In this document: piece after piece, positions 52,339-63,811 of the stretch | Numbering within the stretch: the first letter of the stretch is position 1 | Layout: the number at the start of each line of letters is the position of its first letter | Virus record (IMG/VR): IMGVR_UViG_3300045988_116708 | Span: 1-64,000 of that record | DNA length: 64,000 nucleotides | Source: a virus | Strand: one strand, 5' to 3' | Notes under the pieces: generated by a model | The model's input: only the letters and a program-made list of their open reading frames with translations | Told to the model about the DNA's origin: nothing | The model's database searches: none | Program-made: the position numbers and the translations under genes

Positions 52339-55300
52339 ATGGCTGGATTACACTTCGACATAACCGGTGACAACTCCAACTTTATACGTAAACTTCATGA
52401 GTGTGAAAATGGAGTAAAAAACACATCCCGACAAATAGAACAAAGTGGGTTAGGTATAGAAGATTTATTTAACCGTATGACTAAAGCTGCTGCCGCATTC
52501 GGAGTTGGTTTCACTGCGAAAGAATTAATTTCAAATATAGCACATGTTCGCGGCGAGTTTCAACAATTGGAAGTTGCATTTAAGACAATGCTTGGTAGCG
52601 AAGATAAAGCTAATGCTCTTATGCAACAGTTGGTCAAAACAGCTGCTACTACACCATTTGATTTGCAAGGAGTTGCAAATGGAGCCAAACAGCTTCTTGC
52701 TTACGGAGAAAACGTTGAGAATGTCAATGATGATTTGATACGTCTTGGGAATATAGCAGCAGGTCTTTCTCAGCCGCTTGGTGATATTGTGTATTTGTAC
52801 GGTACTACCATGACGCAAGGACGGTTATACACGGCGGATTTAAACCAATTTACTGGCCGTGGTATCCCTATGATTCGCGAATTAGCAAAAGTATTTGGTG
52901 TCGCTGAAGGGAAAGTAAAAGGTTTGGTTGAAGCAGGGAAGGTTGGTTTTCCTGAAGTGCAGAAAGTTATCCAGAATCTTACAAATGAAGGTGGAATGTT
53001 TTTCAACTTGATGCAGGAACAATCTAAAACGATTGCTGGTCAGATTTCAAATATTGAAGATGCAATTGCTACTATGTTCAATGAAATTGGTAAAGCCAAT
53101 GAAGGTATTATCAATGATGCTTTGTCTGGGGTTTCTTATCTGGTTGAAAACTACGAAAAGGTAGGAGCTCTTTTATTAGAAATAGTAGGAACTTATGGAG
53201 TATACCGTACAGCCCTTATGGCTACGACTGCATTGCAGGCTTTGCAAGCTTCCGGTATAACTGCTTTAACGGCGAAAGAAGCTATTCATTATGGGTGGTT
53301 AGTGCTTACGAAGAAAGCTCAAGATGCCTTAAATTTATCCATGCTTAAAAATCCTTATATATTGGTTGCTGCATCTATTGCAGGATTGGTTTATGGTATA
53401 TATAAATTTGCTACAGCAGAAAGTGATACGGAACAAGCAATTCGTAAAACGAACGATGCACTTGAGGCACAAAATAATCATTATGAAGAGTTGAAAAATA
53501 AGGCAAGTCAACTCTCTAATATTTTAAGTGATGAATCTAAATCTATAGAAGAGCGTTTCATTGCATATCGTAAACTTCAGCGTTTAATGCCAGAAGTTTT
53601 TAAAGATATGGATTGGGAAGCAGCTAAACGGAAAACAAATGCTGAGCTTACAAAACTTGAGAATGATGAACTTTTAAGACAGCAACGTATTGGGCTAAAA
53701 ACAAAGGTTGTAATGTCTCAACAAAAAATACAGGGGCTAAGGAGTAGCTTAATAAAAACTCAAAATGCTGGTGGGTATACTGGGGCATTAAAGGAAGATT
53801 TAGCTGCTGCTGAAAAAGAATTGGAAATATATCAAGAGGCCCTTAAGGCTTTTGAGGAAGCCAAAGAAGAATCGAAAAAAGCTAAAAATGCTCCAACTGT
53901 ACAAGACAAAGAATATTGGGAGAATCAAAAAAAAGAAGCTGAAAATGCCTTAGAATCTATTGCATCTTCTCAAAAGAGATTGTTGGACGCTGGTAACTTT
54001 AAAGGTATAGATACTGCTGTTGTAAAGAGTTACAAGGATAATGTTAAAAAGCTAAAGGAGGCTGAAAAAGAACTGAAGGTTTATGACACCTCTTCCAAAC
54101 AGGAATCTGCTGCTGAAAAACTTCGCAAACAGCAAGAAGGCATTCGTTCCCAGAATGATAAGATCTCTGAAATAGAACGCAAACAGGCAATCCAGCGTAA
54201 AAGGCAGGCTGAAGATATGGAAATGGAAATCTCACAGTCTGAGATCAATGCCATGGCTGATGGATCTGAGAAAAAACGTATGCAGAGGGAATTGGATAAC
54301 CGGAAAGAGATCCAATCACTGGAAAGGCAAAAAGAAGATATGATCCAGGCTGTAATTCAAGCTGAGAAAGAGATTTTTGATGCTCAGGAAGAGTTGAAGG
54401 TTAAAGAGAATAACAAATATCAGAAAAAGACTTTTGATTCTTCTAAGGTGGATACAGAGAAGATTAGCTCTATCTGGGATACCATTATAGGGAACACGTC
54501 TAGAAAGCAACTTGATGATAAAATACGCGAACAAGAGGCGTCTTGGAACGAATATCTTATCAAGTTTGGCAACTATCAACAGAAAAGGCTGGCCATTATT
54601 GAGAAATATGATAGGGCCATAAAGGAGGCCGAAACGGCGGGTGATGTAGCTATCTTGATGAAAGAGAAAGCTAATGCGCTTGATGATTTTGACAACTCCG
54701 TAAAGAATAGTACAACCTTAATGGGGCAGCTCTTTGCTGATGCTTCCCAAAAGAGTGTGAACGAGATTCAGTCCATCATTGCAAAAGCCGAATTATTGAT
54801 GCAATACCTTGGTGCCGTTAAGGATGAACAGGGAAATGCTCAAATCGGTGGAAAGACAGTTTCAAAGAAGGATATTTTAGGTCTTGGGATAAGTGACAAT
54901 ACCCTTCAAAATTTAGAACTTTCAACCGAGCAAACAGAGGCACTAAGAAATGCTATTGGTCGTTTAAAAGAGGAATTGGGAGCAAAGAGTCCTTTTGCGC
55001 TTTTCAAAAAGCAAGTAAAAGAAGCGGCAGGTGAAATAGCGAAAGGAGGTCAGGAAAATATTGCTCGAGGGATTGCAGGGATCGGAAGTGCTATTGTTCA
55101 ATTTACTCCTGCTATATCTCAGTTTGGTCAGGATCTTGGTACAATATTTGGCAACGACGATCTTGGTAATAAAATAGCTGGTATTTCTGATGCGTTAGGT
55201 GGAGTTGGCCAAACAGCCATGGGAGTTGGCCAGATAATGTCTGGTGATATTGTAGGTGGTGCTATGAGTGCTGTTTCCGGTATTTCATCAGTTGTAAAGG

Positions 55301-56421
55301 CCTTGGATGGTTTGTTTGGTGCTGATTATTCCCGATACAATGAAATGAAGTCACAATATGAAGCTCTTAATTCTGTGTGGGATGAACTTATCAATAAGAA
55401 GAAAGAGTATATTGATATGTCTTATGGGGATGAAGCGTATAAAGTTGGGAAAGAGGCCGAAAGCCTGATAAAGCAACAAACCCAAAGATATTATGAACTT
55501 CTGAATGAATTAAGAAAAAGTGGGTCCAGTATCGGGTCAAGTTCTTTAGGCAAACGAATAGAAAAAAGACTTAATAAAGAAGATTGGGCCAGAATATCCA
55601 GTGCTGTTGGTGAATCTGTAACAAATGCAGAAACTTTATTAAATCTTTCAGCAGAACAGCTAGAAGAAGTGCTTGCCGACCCTAAGCTAGTCTCTGTCCT
55701 CAATACTGTCAACGAAGACTTTATAAAGTATATACAAGATATTGTGAATGGTTCCGAAAAATTAGAGGATATACAGAATCAAGTCAAAGAACAGCTTACT
55801 CAAGTATCGTTTGATAGCGTGTTTGACAGTTTTGTAGACACTTTGATGAATATGGATAGTTCGGCTAAGGATTTCGCTGATGATTTCACTTCTTATATGC
55901 AAAAAGCTATCCTTTCTACTATGTTAGGAAAGACATATGAAAAACGGTTGCAAGAATGGTATGATGCTTTTGCTTCGGCTAATGAAGATAAAGGCGGTAT
56001 CTCTAGTGATGAATATAAGAATCTGCAAGAACAGTGGAATAGCATTGTTAATGATGCCATTAAAGAACGTGATGAATTAAAGGATTTGCTTGGTTGGGGT
56101 TCCGATACTTCCGCTTCGCAAGATTCTACAAAACGAGGGTTTGAAGGAATGTCCCAGGATACAGCAGAAGAACTGAACGGACGTTTCACAGCTTTGCAAA
56201 TGGCAGGGGAAGAGATTAAGAATCAAATGATAAATGTTGTTGTTGGAGTTAACTCTTTAATTTCAATCTCAACAGAAGAGAATGTTACCTTGAGTAATAT
56301 CCTTAGCCAACATGTAATTACGAATGGCTATTTAGAAGATATTGTAAAACACACAAAGCTGATGCTTGGTTTTGGAGATAAATTTGATAGGATGATTACT
56401 GTTTTTAATGATAGACTATAA
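52339..56421 (+). CDS. Tail tape measure protein
   Basis: 1360 aa. The TMP core region is FKTMLGSEDKANALMQQLVKTAATTPF...LYTADLNQFTGRGIPM. It has long coiled coils and Gly-rich TM-like segments. Confidence 0.9.
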   Translation: MAGLHFDITGDNSNFIRKLHECENGVKNTSRQIEQSGLGIEDLFNRMTKAAAAFGVGFTAKELISNIAHVRGEFQQLEVAFKTMLGSEDKANALMQQLVKTAATTPFDLQGVANGAKQLLAYGENVENVNDDLIRLGNIAAGLSQPLGDIVYLYGTTMTQGRLYTADLNQFTGRGIPMIRELAKVFGVAEGKVKGLVEAGKVGFPEVQKVIQNLTNEGGMFFNLMQEQSKTIAGQISNIEDAIATMFNEIGKANEGIINDALSGVSYLVENYEKVGALLLEIVGTYGVYRTALMATTALQALQASGITALTAKEAIHYGWLVLTKKAQDALNLSMLKNPYILVAASIAGLVYGIYKFATAESDTEQAIRKTNDALEAQNNHYEELKNKASQLSNILSDESKSIEERFIAYRKLQRLMPEVFKDMDWEAAKRKTNAELTKLENDELLRQQRIGLKTKVVMSQQKIQGLRSSLIKTQNAGGYTGALKEDLAAAEKELEIYQEALKAFEEAKEESKKAKNAPTVQDKEYWENQKKEAENALESIASSQKRLLDAGNFKGIDTAVVKSYKDNVKKLKEAEKELKVYDTSSKQESAAEKLRKQQEGIRSQNDKISEIERKQAIQRKRQAEDMEMEISQSEINAMADGSEKKRMQRELDNRKEIQSLERQKEDMIQAVIQAEKEIFDAQEELKVKENNKYQKKTFDSSKVDTEKISSIWDTIIGNTSRKQLDDKIREQEASWNEYLIKFGNYQQKRLAIIEKYDRAIKEAETAGDVAILMKEKANALDDFDNSVKNSTTLMGQLFADASQKSVNEIQSIIAKAELLMQYLGAVKDEQGNAQIGGKTVSKKDILGLGISDNTLQNLELSTEQTEALRNAIGRLKEELGAKSPFALFKKQVKEAAGEIAKGGQENIARGIAGIGSAIVQFTPAISQFGQDLGTIFGNDDLGNKIAGISDALGGVGQTAMGVGQIMSGDIVGGAMSAVSGISSVVKALDGLFGADYSRYNEMKSQYEALNSVWDELINKKKEYIDMSYGDEAYKVGKEAESLIKQQTQRYYELLNELRKSGSSIGSSSLGKRIEKRLNKEDWARISSAVGESVTNAETLLNLSAEQLEEVLADPKLVSVLNTVNEDFIKYIQDIVNGSEKLEDIQNQVKEQLTQVSFDSVFDSFVDTLMNMDSSAKDFADDFTSYMQKAILSTMLGKTYEKRLQEWYDAFASANEDKGGISSDEYKNLQEQWNSIVNDAIKERDELKDLLGWGSDTSASQDSTKRGFEGMSQDTAEELNGRFTALQMAGEEIKNQMINVVVGVNSLISISTEENVTLSNILSQHVITNGYLEDIVKHTKLMLGFGDKFDRMITVFNDRL

Positions 56422-56422
56422 T

Positions 56423-56845
56423 ATGGCAGCGGGAGAATTTTATATAAATAATAAAGACACTTATACTACATGGGGTATAAGTATGGATACTTCTTCTTTA
56501 TCATCATTGATGACGCCACCTCCAATGAAAGATTTTATAGAAAACAAATCTCGTTTGGAGCACGGTAAGAGAGTCATAACATCAAATCCTAAGATTGATG
56601 AACGGAATATTACATTGACATTTAATCTTACAGCTAAAAATGAAGAGCAATTTTTTTCACGGTACAACTCTTTTTGTGAAGAATTGGCTACTGGGGTATT
56701 GCATATCAAAAGCAAATATCAACCCAGTATTGTATATAAAACTATTTATTTGTCATGTAATCAGTTCACACAGTTTATGAGAGGAATCGCTAAATTTTCG
56801 TTGAAATTAGTAGAACCTAATCCGACAGATAGGGCTATAACATAA
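56423..56845 (+). CDS. Distal tail protein-position gene
   Basis: 140 aa immediately after the TMP; called from position only. Confidence 0.4.
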   Translation: MAAGEFYINNKDTYTTWGISMDTSSLSSLMTPPPMKDFIENKSRLEHGKRVITSNPKIDERNITLTFNLTAKNEEQFFSRYNSFCEELATGVLHIKSKYQPSIVYKTIYLSCNQFTQFMRGIAKFSLKLVEPNPTDRAIT

Positions 56846-56855
56846 TTTTAATTAT

Positions 56856-56924
56856 AAAGTGATTGTTTCAATGTCACTTTTGTTATATTTGCATTCAATA
56901 AAAGCATTGTGTGAAGGCGCACAA
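56856..56924 (+). promoter_or_regulatory. Promoter with AAGTG-N13-CACTT operator (site g) and leader hairpin, fibre gene
   Basis: AAAGTGA-N11-TCACTTT at 56856-56880. Box TATATTTG at 56884-56891. Hairpin TTGTG-TGAAGGCG-CACAA at 56907-56924. Confidence 0.6.
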
Positions 56925-56932
56925 AAACCAAT

Positions 56933-59900
56933 ATGATTAGCATTAAAGACATAACTGGCAAAATACGTTTCTCTTTCGTAGAGAATACCGGTTCTGTATA
57001 CCGTAAGACTTTGATGAAAGAAGATTATATCCTTCTTCATTTCAATGTCGACCAACCGGTTCTTTTTGAGAAGGGAGATTATTGTGAAACAGAATTCGGA
57101 CGATTTGAGATCGTTGATCTTGTATTTCCGAAGTATAACACTTCAACAGGCGGCTATGATTATGAACTCCGGCTTGACGCAGAATACTATAAGTGGAAGA
57201 ATAAGATATTGTTCTATGATCGTCAAGGTGGTAACCGCGAGGCTTCATGGAATCTTACCCGTACTCCGGATGCGCATCTATCGATAGTAGTCTCTAACTT
57301 AAAATCTTTAGGTTACACATACAACTCAGGAGTAGAATATACTTTCTCTATTGACAGCACAGTAGAGAAGTCTGCTAAGTTGATACAGTACGATAATACG
57401 AATATCATTGATGCGTTGACCAAAATAGCGGAAACATGGGACGCTGAATGGTGGATCGTTGATCATGTGATCCATCTGGGCAGATGTGAGTATAACACAG
57501 CGGTAGACTTTGAACTGAATGGGCTTGTTTCCGAAATGTCTCGTTCGGAAAGCAACGATAATTATGCTACCCGTGTTTACGCTTTCGGTTCTACCCGTAA
57601 CCTTCCTACTAATTATCGTCCGGATATAACCGGTGTTGTGGTCGACGGAGTAGTCCAAAGAAGATTGATGCTTCCCGAGGGTACTCCTTATGTTGACGCT
57701 TTTCCGGATATGTCTACGGAAGAAGCTGTTGAAGAAGTCGTTGTATTTGAGGACGTGTACCCCAAACGTATAGGTACCATGTCAGACGTGACCACTAAGG
57801 AATACACAGACAAGATTGAGAATGAAGATGGTACCACAACAGAAGTCAAATGGAATGCCTACCGTTTCAGGGATTCCGGCATAACTTTTTCAAAAGAGTA
57901 TATTATCCCCGGTCAGGAGTTAAGAATTGTATTTCAGTCAGGTCCTTTAAACGGTATGGACTTTGCTGTTACCTTTAATCCGGGTGCTGCGGATGAAAAG
58001 AACAGTGATGGATCATGGAACTCCGCTGCCCAGTTATGGGAGATCGTAAGGAATGAAGATTACGGCCGCGAGCTTCCGTCTGCCCCGTTAATCCCTGAGA
58101 ATGGGAACACTTATGTCTTGTATGGATATGATACAAAATTTGTTTCTGTGTCCATGATTCCTGATGCCGAAAAGGAATTGCTTGAAAAGACAAAAAGCTA
58201 CGTAGAGAAGAGTAAAATAGACCCGTCTGTCTATACATGCGTCATGGACCCGATAAAAGTGGGTGGATTCGATGGAGGACGCGTTATCGATTTGGAGATA
58301 GGGGATCGTGTCAATATTATCAATCCGGCTTATGCAATAAAGAGCCGGCAATCTCGTATATATGGCTTTGAAAAGGCACTGGATAAGAAGTATGAAGTGA
58401 CTTATACGGTGGGACAATCGACTAAATATTCTCGTATCGGAGAGATTGAAAGTAAAGTCGAAGCATTGACATATAAAGGAGAGGCTTTTACTGGTTCCAG
58501 TACCGGAAGTGTTTATATTGTCGGACGATACGATAAAACGAGGCTTACTGACCGTAATGCTTTATCTTCCCTTCGGTCTTTGGAAACATTTTTTAGGAAA
58601 GACCAAGAGGATGTTACCTTTTACAAACAGGCCTTTCGTAAAGGTATAGAAATCGGTTGGAATGAATCCGAAGGAAAGCCTACTGCTTCTCTCTCTGAGG
58701 ATGGTATATTAAACGCTGCCGCAGCTATATTGAAAGAATACATCTCTTCTCCGAAGTTTGTTCCGGGATTCACAGGCGAAGGCTTTAAAATATATAAAGA
58801 CGAGTATGGCAACTGGCATATAGAATGTGATATTCTAGATGTGAGGAAAGTTATGAATGTATTTGAGTTGCTTATACAGAAAGTACGTTCAATAAATGGT
58901 GCTCTTGTTATAAGCCAAGCGAACGGTAAAGTCAGTGCAGTTACTGAGACTTCTGATTTGCAATCTTGGATTCTTGAATTTGAGGATGAAGATGAAACAT
59001 TCCAGGCGCACGACTTAGTGAGGTGTCAAGTATTTGATAGAAGAATAATCCAGTCACCGGCTTTTGATTTCACAAAATTTACAGCCTATTTATATGATGG
59101 TTCAGCCATAGATGATAGCGTAAGGATAACGAACACGAGCATTGAGTTTAGCATGAATAATTCAGCAAATTCAGGCTTTCAACTTTACATGTATCCAGAG
59201 GGACATGTAGCAGATGCTCCTATAACGACTAAAGAATGCAAATTAGAAATATCTGGTTTGTATGATGGTGCTATGGCTGTATGGAGTGGTTTATCAAAGG
59301 ATGGAATCGGTTCTGATACTGTAGGAGGGCTTTTGACAAATGGCGAGAATGTAATTCGTGCCATCAATGTATCCGAAGAGATATACAACCTTGGTATAAT
59401 GATTGTATTAGATTCCGGACATGGTAACGGAAAGGTTACTGTTACTCAAAAAATGGAGGATACATCATCTAAAAAAGGTAAATACTATTGGTGCGAAGTT
59501 GCGAGTGTAAATGGTAATCTTGTAACTATTCCTAAGTCTGAATTTGAGGGTATTACGCCAACTGACGGTGATGAAGTTGTACAGATGGGTAATACTGAGA
59601 ATCCTCTTCGTCAGAGCTTGATATATATGTCGGCTGCCGAGGATGGCAAGCCTAAGATTGAGATATTAGGTGGAGTCAAGACTAAGTCATTTGCCGGAGC
59701 GTCTCGCTCTGTATTTGGGAATTTAGATCATATAACGGACCCGGATTTTCCGGATAATATGCAGCCGCACGATAATGGTGTATATACAAATAACGGTTAT
59801 TTCAAAGGCATCTTCATCCTTCGCAACGGAAAGACCATCGAACAGGAGTTTGAGTCAACCAACAAGGAAATAGACATCGCCAAAACCGATGCGAAAGCTG

Positions 59901-62900
59901 CTCAGGACAGATTAAACACTTGGGCTTCTGATGGCTTTATTTCTCCAACTGAAAAGACCGCGTTAAAGCAGGAAATGGAGGCATTAAAGGCAGAAAGAGA
60001 TTCTATCCTTGCTAACGCGTCCCGGTATGGCATTGATACCGTTGCTTATCGGAATGCTTTCAACGATTACTATCATGTGCTTGAGACCCATTCTGCAAGT
60101 GAGCCTGAAAATATACCGGTCAGTGCTTCATTCAAGACTCTTCAACAGGCTTATTATGATCAGCAGAGGGTAATTATAGACGCTATCAATTCTGCTTCAT
60201 ATTCGTATGTTGGGGAGAAGGTTAAGATTGAGACTGATACTATTATGGAGGCTTTGCCCGGACAGATTACGTTGGCTGTGAAGGGTGAGGTTAGTAAGGT
60301 GAAAGTTGCTGATGTCAATTTATTAAAGGGTGCCTATACAGAGAAAGCAAATACATCATACGGATTTGGAGAATATGGGTATGATGTTCCAGCAGTTAAT
60401 GGCAAGAAGTATACGTTGACATTATGCTATACACTGGGAAATGATAATAACGAAATTAGAGCTTATTCTAACAATGGCTATAATATAATTGCTTATTTTA
60501 CAACCAAAGGTGATAGAATTGTAGAAAGCAAAGAAATTACAATGAGCGGTTATACAGAAGGCTATGGAATGTCACTATATCAATTCCCTAATGGAATCTA
60601 CGGTTCAAAAGTGCATTGGGCTGTTCTTACTGATGGTAACATAGGGGTAACACAGTGGATTCCTGCTGCAAGCGAGCGAGTTGCAGGTATTAAGAACTTA
60701 TGCTCTTTTAAACGTATTGTTGATGCGGGATTTACATACGCTTCAAAATATACTAATGAAGGAGAGTTGTTAATACTACCATCTTTGTTGCATAAAGAAT
60801 CACTTGTAGCTAACAAGGACATGTTTGGCTTGACATATAACTCACAAAAAAGGTATTATGTGTTTATAGATCATTTTGTTCCATCGTCTACAATCCCGAG
60901 TAGTTCAAGAAGTGTCTTTTTTCGGATCGTTTACACTGATGGCGCGTATGAAGAAATAGCGGTAACTAATGATAGCATAGTAAACAACTTCGTTCTTACA
61001 TCAAAACCTATTAAGCATATATTAGGTTCTTATGGTACTTCTATATCTACTTATTTGCGTATTGGCGTATTTGAAACCAACACTCCTGTAACCTGGAGCC
61101 CAGCCCCCGAAGATCTTAACTACATTGCCAAGACCTACACCGACTCAGAGATAAAAGTAACGAAAGGGTTAATTGAAAGCAAAGTCTCCCAAACCGACTT
61201 TGACGCTCTCGGACAGGTTGTATCCAATCAGGGCACTGAGATCTCTCAGACCAAGACGGATATTAACCTTGTATCAACGGTATCGGGTAATGCACGTTTG
61301 ATAGCCCTTGCTATGAGTAAGGGGAAGATGCTTTATCGTGATCCGGAGTTTAGGAGCGGGATGAACCACATATCGGTTTACAATAATAGTGGTGGGGGAA
61401 CTGTGACAGTTGAAAGAACAACAGATGTTAATTTGCCTAATCAATCCGGATATAAAATTAAAATTACCACTGTACAAGGAAGTGTATCCCCCGGCTTAGG
61501 TGGGTTTACTTTTAACACTCAAACACGCGCTAATGCCGTATTTATAACTCGGTTTATTGCATGGATTCCCGCAGGACGTGCAATTGAGTGGGCTTCAAAT
61601 GCTACGGGTACTGGCAGTACAGCAAAATGGCTTACTAACAATGTCGGGACTGGCGATTGGGAGGAATATGCGTATTATGTCAAGTGCGGTACTGGCGGGA
61701 CATTTAATGGAACTAATTATTTCTATTTGGTTTCTGGTGGGGCTCCCGTCACCTGGTACCTTGCCTTTGCCACAGTCTACGATGCCGGTTCTATTGATGA
61801 CACTCCTACAAAGGATGAATTAAAAACGGGAATCACTATTAAGCCGGGTGCTATCAATATATTCGGGCAGGATATCAGTATTGCAGGCATGGTTACTTTT
61901 TCCGGCTTGTCGGCATCCGAGCAGCAAAATTTCAAGGGTAATACAGGACCACAAGGCCCGCAGGGGCCTAAAGGAGATACCGGCGCTACAGGTCCTCAGG
62001 GATTGCAAGGACCCGCCGGTGCTACTGGTGCTACCGGATCTATTGGTCCTATTGGTCCCCAGGGACCACGGGGATCTCAGGGGCCTAAAGGAGATACCGG
62101 TGCTAAAGGTCCGCAAGGAGATAGAGGTCCGCAAGGGCTTCCAGGGCCACAGGGTGCAACTGGTCCACAAGGACCTCAAGGACCGCAGGGATTCTTGGAC
62201 GCTACCGCTATGCGTAACTTGCAGAATGATTTCGCAACGAAACTCGGATACTCTTCGTATGACCAAATGGCTTCGTATGCTACTCAGGGTAAAACAATTA
62301 TCAATGGTGGATTGATTCGAACGAACTTGATAGATGCAACCGCAATCGTTACCAATGCCTTAGCGGCTGGTCGAATTACAACAGGAAACATTACGGTAAC
62401 GAATGGTGCTCAAATTGGGTATTTTACGATTCAAGATAACGGATTGTATTCAGATGGACTATCTACTGTGATTACAATGAAAAATTCTTCCGGTCAGGTT
62501 ATTATAATACCTCAGATGATTACTATAACTCGTAATGACGGTGGAGCATCTATATCTACATCAGGTAATAGTTATGTGGATTTGAACGGTACAAATATAA
62601 ATCTTGCAGGCACCGTAGCAGTCAATATCAATAGTAAGTTGATTACAAATGGTATCGTCAAGATGACTCAGGGGTTAATATTTAGAACTCGGGTTATATC
62701 ATCATCTATCGCTTTGGATAGTAGTGATTGCTTTGTTGTATGTACTAATTCTGGTAGTATAAATGTGACCCTTCCAGGATATCCAGAGGTTGGGCGATTT
62801 ATCTATGTTCGTAGAAGGAATGGAAATGTAACTATTTATGGTGGAACAAATAGTATTTACTCAAACAAAGTATTATCGTCAGCTACTTTAGGTAATAACT

Positions 62901-62962
62901 CAGACCTATTTATGTTTGTCTTTGATGGGACATACTGGATTTTAAATTATTGTGGAGTTTAA
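56933..62962 (+). CDS. Giant tail tip / fibre host-specificity protein with a collagen-like segment
   Basis: 2009 aa after the TMP/Dit genes, with an 85-residue G-X-Y run near the C-terminus. Confidence 0.8.
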   Translation: MISIKDITGKIRFSFVENTGSVYRKTLMKEDYILLHFNVDQPVLFEKGDYCETEFGRFEIVDLVFPKYNTSTGGYDYELRLDAEYYKWKNKILFYDRQGGNREASWNLTRTPDAHLSIVVSNLKSLGYTYNSGVEYTFSIDSTVEKSAKLIQYDNTNIIDALTKIAETWDAEWWIVDHVIHLGRCEYNTAVDFELNGLVSEMSRSESNDNYATRVYAFGSTRNLPTNYRPDITGVVVDGVVQRRLMLPEGTPYVDAFPDMSTEEAVEEVVVFEDVYPKRIGTMSDVTTKEYTDKIENEDGTTTEVKWNAYRFRDSGITFSKEYIIPGQELRIVFQSGPLNGMDFAVTFNPGAADEKNSDGSWNSAAQLWEIVRNEDYGRELPSAPLIPENGNTYVLYGYDTKFVSVSMIPDAEKELLEKTKSYVEKSKIDPSVYTCVMDPIKVGGFDGGRVIDLEIGDRVNIINPAYAIKSRQSRIYGFEKALDKKYEVTYTVGQSTKYSRIGEIESKVEALTYKGEAFTGSSTGSVYIVGRYDKTRLTDRNALSSLRSLETFFRKDQEDVTFYKQAFRKGIEIGWNESEGKPTASLSEDGILNAAAAILKEYISSPKFVPGFTGEGFKIYKDEYGNWHIECDILDVRKVMNVFELLIQKVRSINGALVISQANGKVSAVTETSDLQSWILEFEDEDETFQAHDLVRCQVFDRRIIQSPAFDFTKFTAYLYDGSAIDDSVRITNTSIEFSMNNSANSGFQLYMYPEGHVADAPITTKECKLEISGLYDGAMAVWSGLSKDGIGSDTVGGLLTNGENVIRAINVSEEIYNLGIMIVLDSGHGNGKVTVTQKMEDTSSKKGKYYWCEVASVNGNLVTIPKSEFEGITPTDGDEVVQMGNTENPLRQSLIYMSAAEDGKPKIEILGGVKTKSFAGASRSVFGNLDHITDPDFPDNMQPHDNGVYTNNGYFKGIFILRNGKTIEQEFESTNKEIDIAKTDAKAAQDRLNTWASDGFISPTEKTALKQEMEALKAERDSILANASRYGIDTVAYRNAFNDYYHVLETHSASEPENIPVSASFKTLQQAYYDQQRVIIDAINSASYSYVGEKVKIETDTIMEALPGQITLAVKGEVSKVKVADVNLLKGAYTEKANTSYGFGEYGYDVPAVNGKKYTLTLCYTLGNDNNEIRAYSNNGYNIIAYFTTKGDRIVESKEITMSGYTEGYGMSLYQFPNGIYGSKVHWAVLTDGNIGVTQWIPAASERVAGIKNLCSFKRIVDAGFTYASKYTNEGELLILPSLLHKESLVANKDMFGLTYNSQKRYYVFIDHFVPSSTIPSSSRSVFFRIVYTDGAYEEIAVTNDSIVNNFVLTSKPIKHILGSYGTSISTYLRIGVFETNTPVTWSPAPEDLNYIAKTYTDSEIKVTKGLIESKVSQTDFDALGQVVSNQGTEISQTKTDINLVSTVSGNARLIALAMSKGKMLYRDPEFRSGMNHISVYNNSGGGTVTVERTTDVNLPNQSGYKIKITTVQGSVSPGLGGFTFNTQTRANAVFITRFIAWIPAGRAIEWASNATGTGSTAKWLTNNVGTGDWEEYAYYVKCGTGGTFNGTNYFYLVSGGAPVTWYLAFATVYDAGSIDDTPTKDELKTGITIKPGAINIFGQDISIAGMVTFSGLSASEQQNFKGNTGPQGPQGPKGDTGATGPQGLQGPAGATGATGSIGPIGPQGPRGSQGPKGDTGAKGPQGDRGPQGLPGPQGATGPQGPQGPQGFLDATAMRNLQNDFATKLGYSSYDQMASYATQGKTIINGGLIRTNLIDATAIVTNALAAGRITTGNITVTNGAQIGYFTIQDNGLYSDGLSTVITMKNSSGQVIIIPQMITITRNDGGASISTSGNSYVDLNGTNINLAGTVAVNINSKLITNGIVKMTQGLIFRTRVISSSIALDSSDCFVVCTNSGSINVTLPGYPEVGRFIYVRRRNGNVTIYGGTNSIYSNKVLSSATLGNNSDLFMFVFDGTYWILNYCGV
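61937..62191 (+). repeat. Collagen-like G-X-Y triplet repeat (85 aa) inside the fibre gene
   Basis: [28 protein letters not shown]...[10 protein letters not shown]. Confidence 0.9.
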
Positions 62963-62978
62963 TATAAATATATAGAGT

Positions 62979-63317
62979 ATGAAAATAGATTTTAGAAAGA
63001 TCGTGGTTAACGATATCGAAGGCAACGTCTTGATGAAAGAGGTTGAGAAGAGAGACTCTGAGGGCAACATTGTCGGGACGGAGAGAGTGATTGATTACAA
63101 AGATGTAAGCAAGGACTTAGGTAATGCTATTTACTTTAATGTGAGTGACATCAAAGATCAGGAGATCGGCAGAAAGTTATATCTTGAAGGTGAGATTGAA
63201 GTCGATGGTCCCACTGCTGCTCTGATTAAGAAATTTGCAGATCAGATTTTCTATGCTTATGTAAAGTCCGCCCTCTTCAAATTGCTGGATTCAGCTTTGA
63301 ATCAAAACAAAGAATAA
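62979..63317 (+). CDS. Hypothetical protein
   Basis: 112-aa ORF after the fibre gene. Confidence 0.55.
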   Translation: MKIDFRKIVVNDIEGNVLMKEVEKRDSEGNIVGTERVIDYKDVSKDLGNAIYFNVSDIKDQEIGRKLYLEGEIEVDGPTAALIKKFADQIFYAYVKSALFKLLDSALNQNKE

Positions 63318-63346
63318 ACTTATTATAAACTTAAAATTAAAATGTT

Positions 63347-63697
63347 ATGAACGAAGAGATTAAAATTGTAGCTACTGGTACAACAGAAGTAAATAGCTTT
63401 GAAGGAACTTCTTTAAGTATTCCGACCGTTAAATATTCGATCAGATATACTTCAATCAATGGTAACAAACAGTCGATATTTGTCGGTGTAACCGATAATG
63501 CAACAGAAACGGTACCGAACGCCGACGGAGATGGCACACATGAAGAGATCAGAGAGATGAAGTTGGGAGAGGTCCGATTTGACCCTGTTCCAACTCCGCA
63601 GATAACTACTATTAGTTTTATCTACACGAATGACTTTGAATGTTATATGTCTGATATTCGTAAGATCATTGACCAGATCACTAGTGATAAGTCATAG
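63347..63697 (+). CDS. Hypothetical protein
   Basis: 116-aa ORF. Confidence 0.55.
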   Translation: MNEEIKIVATGTTEVNSFEGTSLSIPTVKYSIRYTSINGNKQSIFVGVTDNATETVPNADGDGTHEEIREMKLGEVRFDPVPTPQITTISFIYTNDFECYMSDIRKIIDQITSDKS

Positions 63698-63811
63698 CAT
63701 AAAAAAGCCCACCTCACCTTCACAGGCAAGATAGGCTCACGCATTTATCTAGTTTTAATTTAATTATGTAATCTGATTACAAATGTAGTATTATTATTTA
63801 AAAAGACAAAT

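Noticed and set aside
61820-62315. Long ORFs on both strands (148 aa minus, 155 aa plus, out of frame) overlapping the fibre gene
   Set aside because: They coincide exactly with the GC-rich G-X-Y collagen repeat. That repeat keeps alternative frames open by composition, and their translations are low-complexity.
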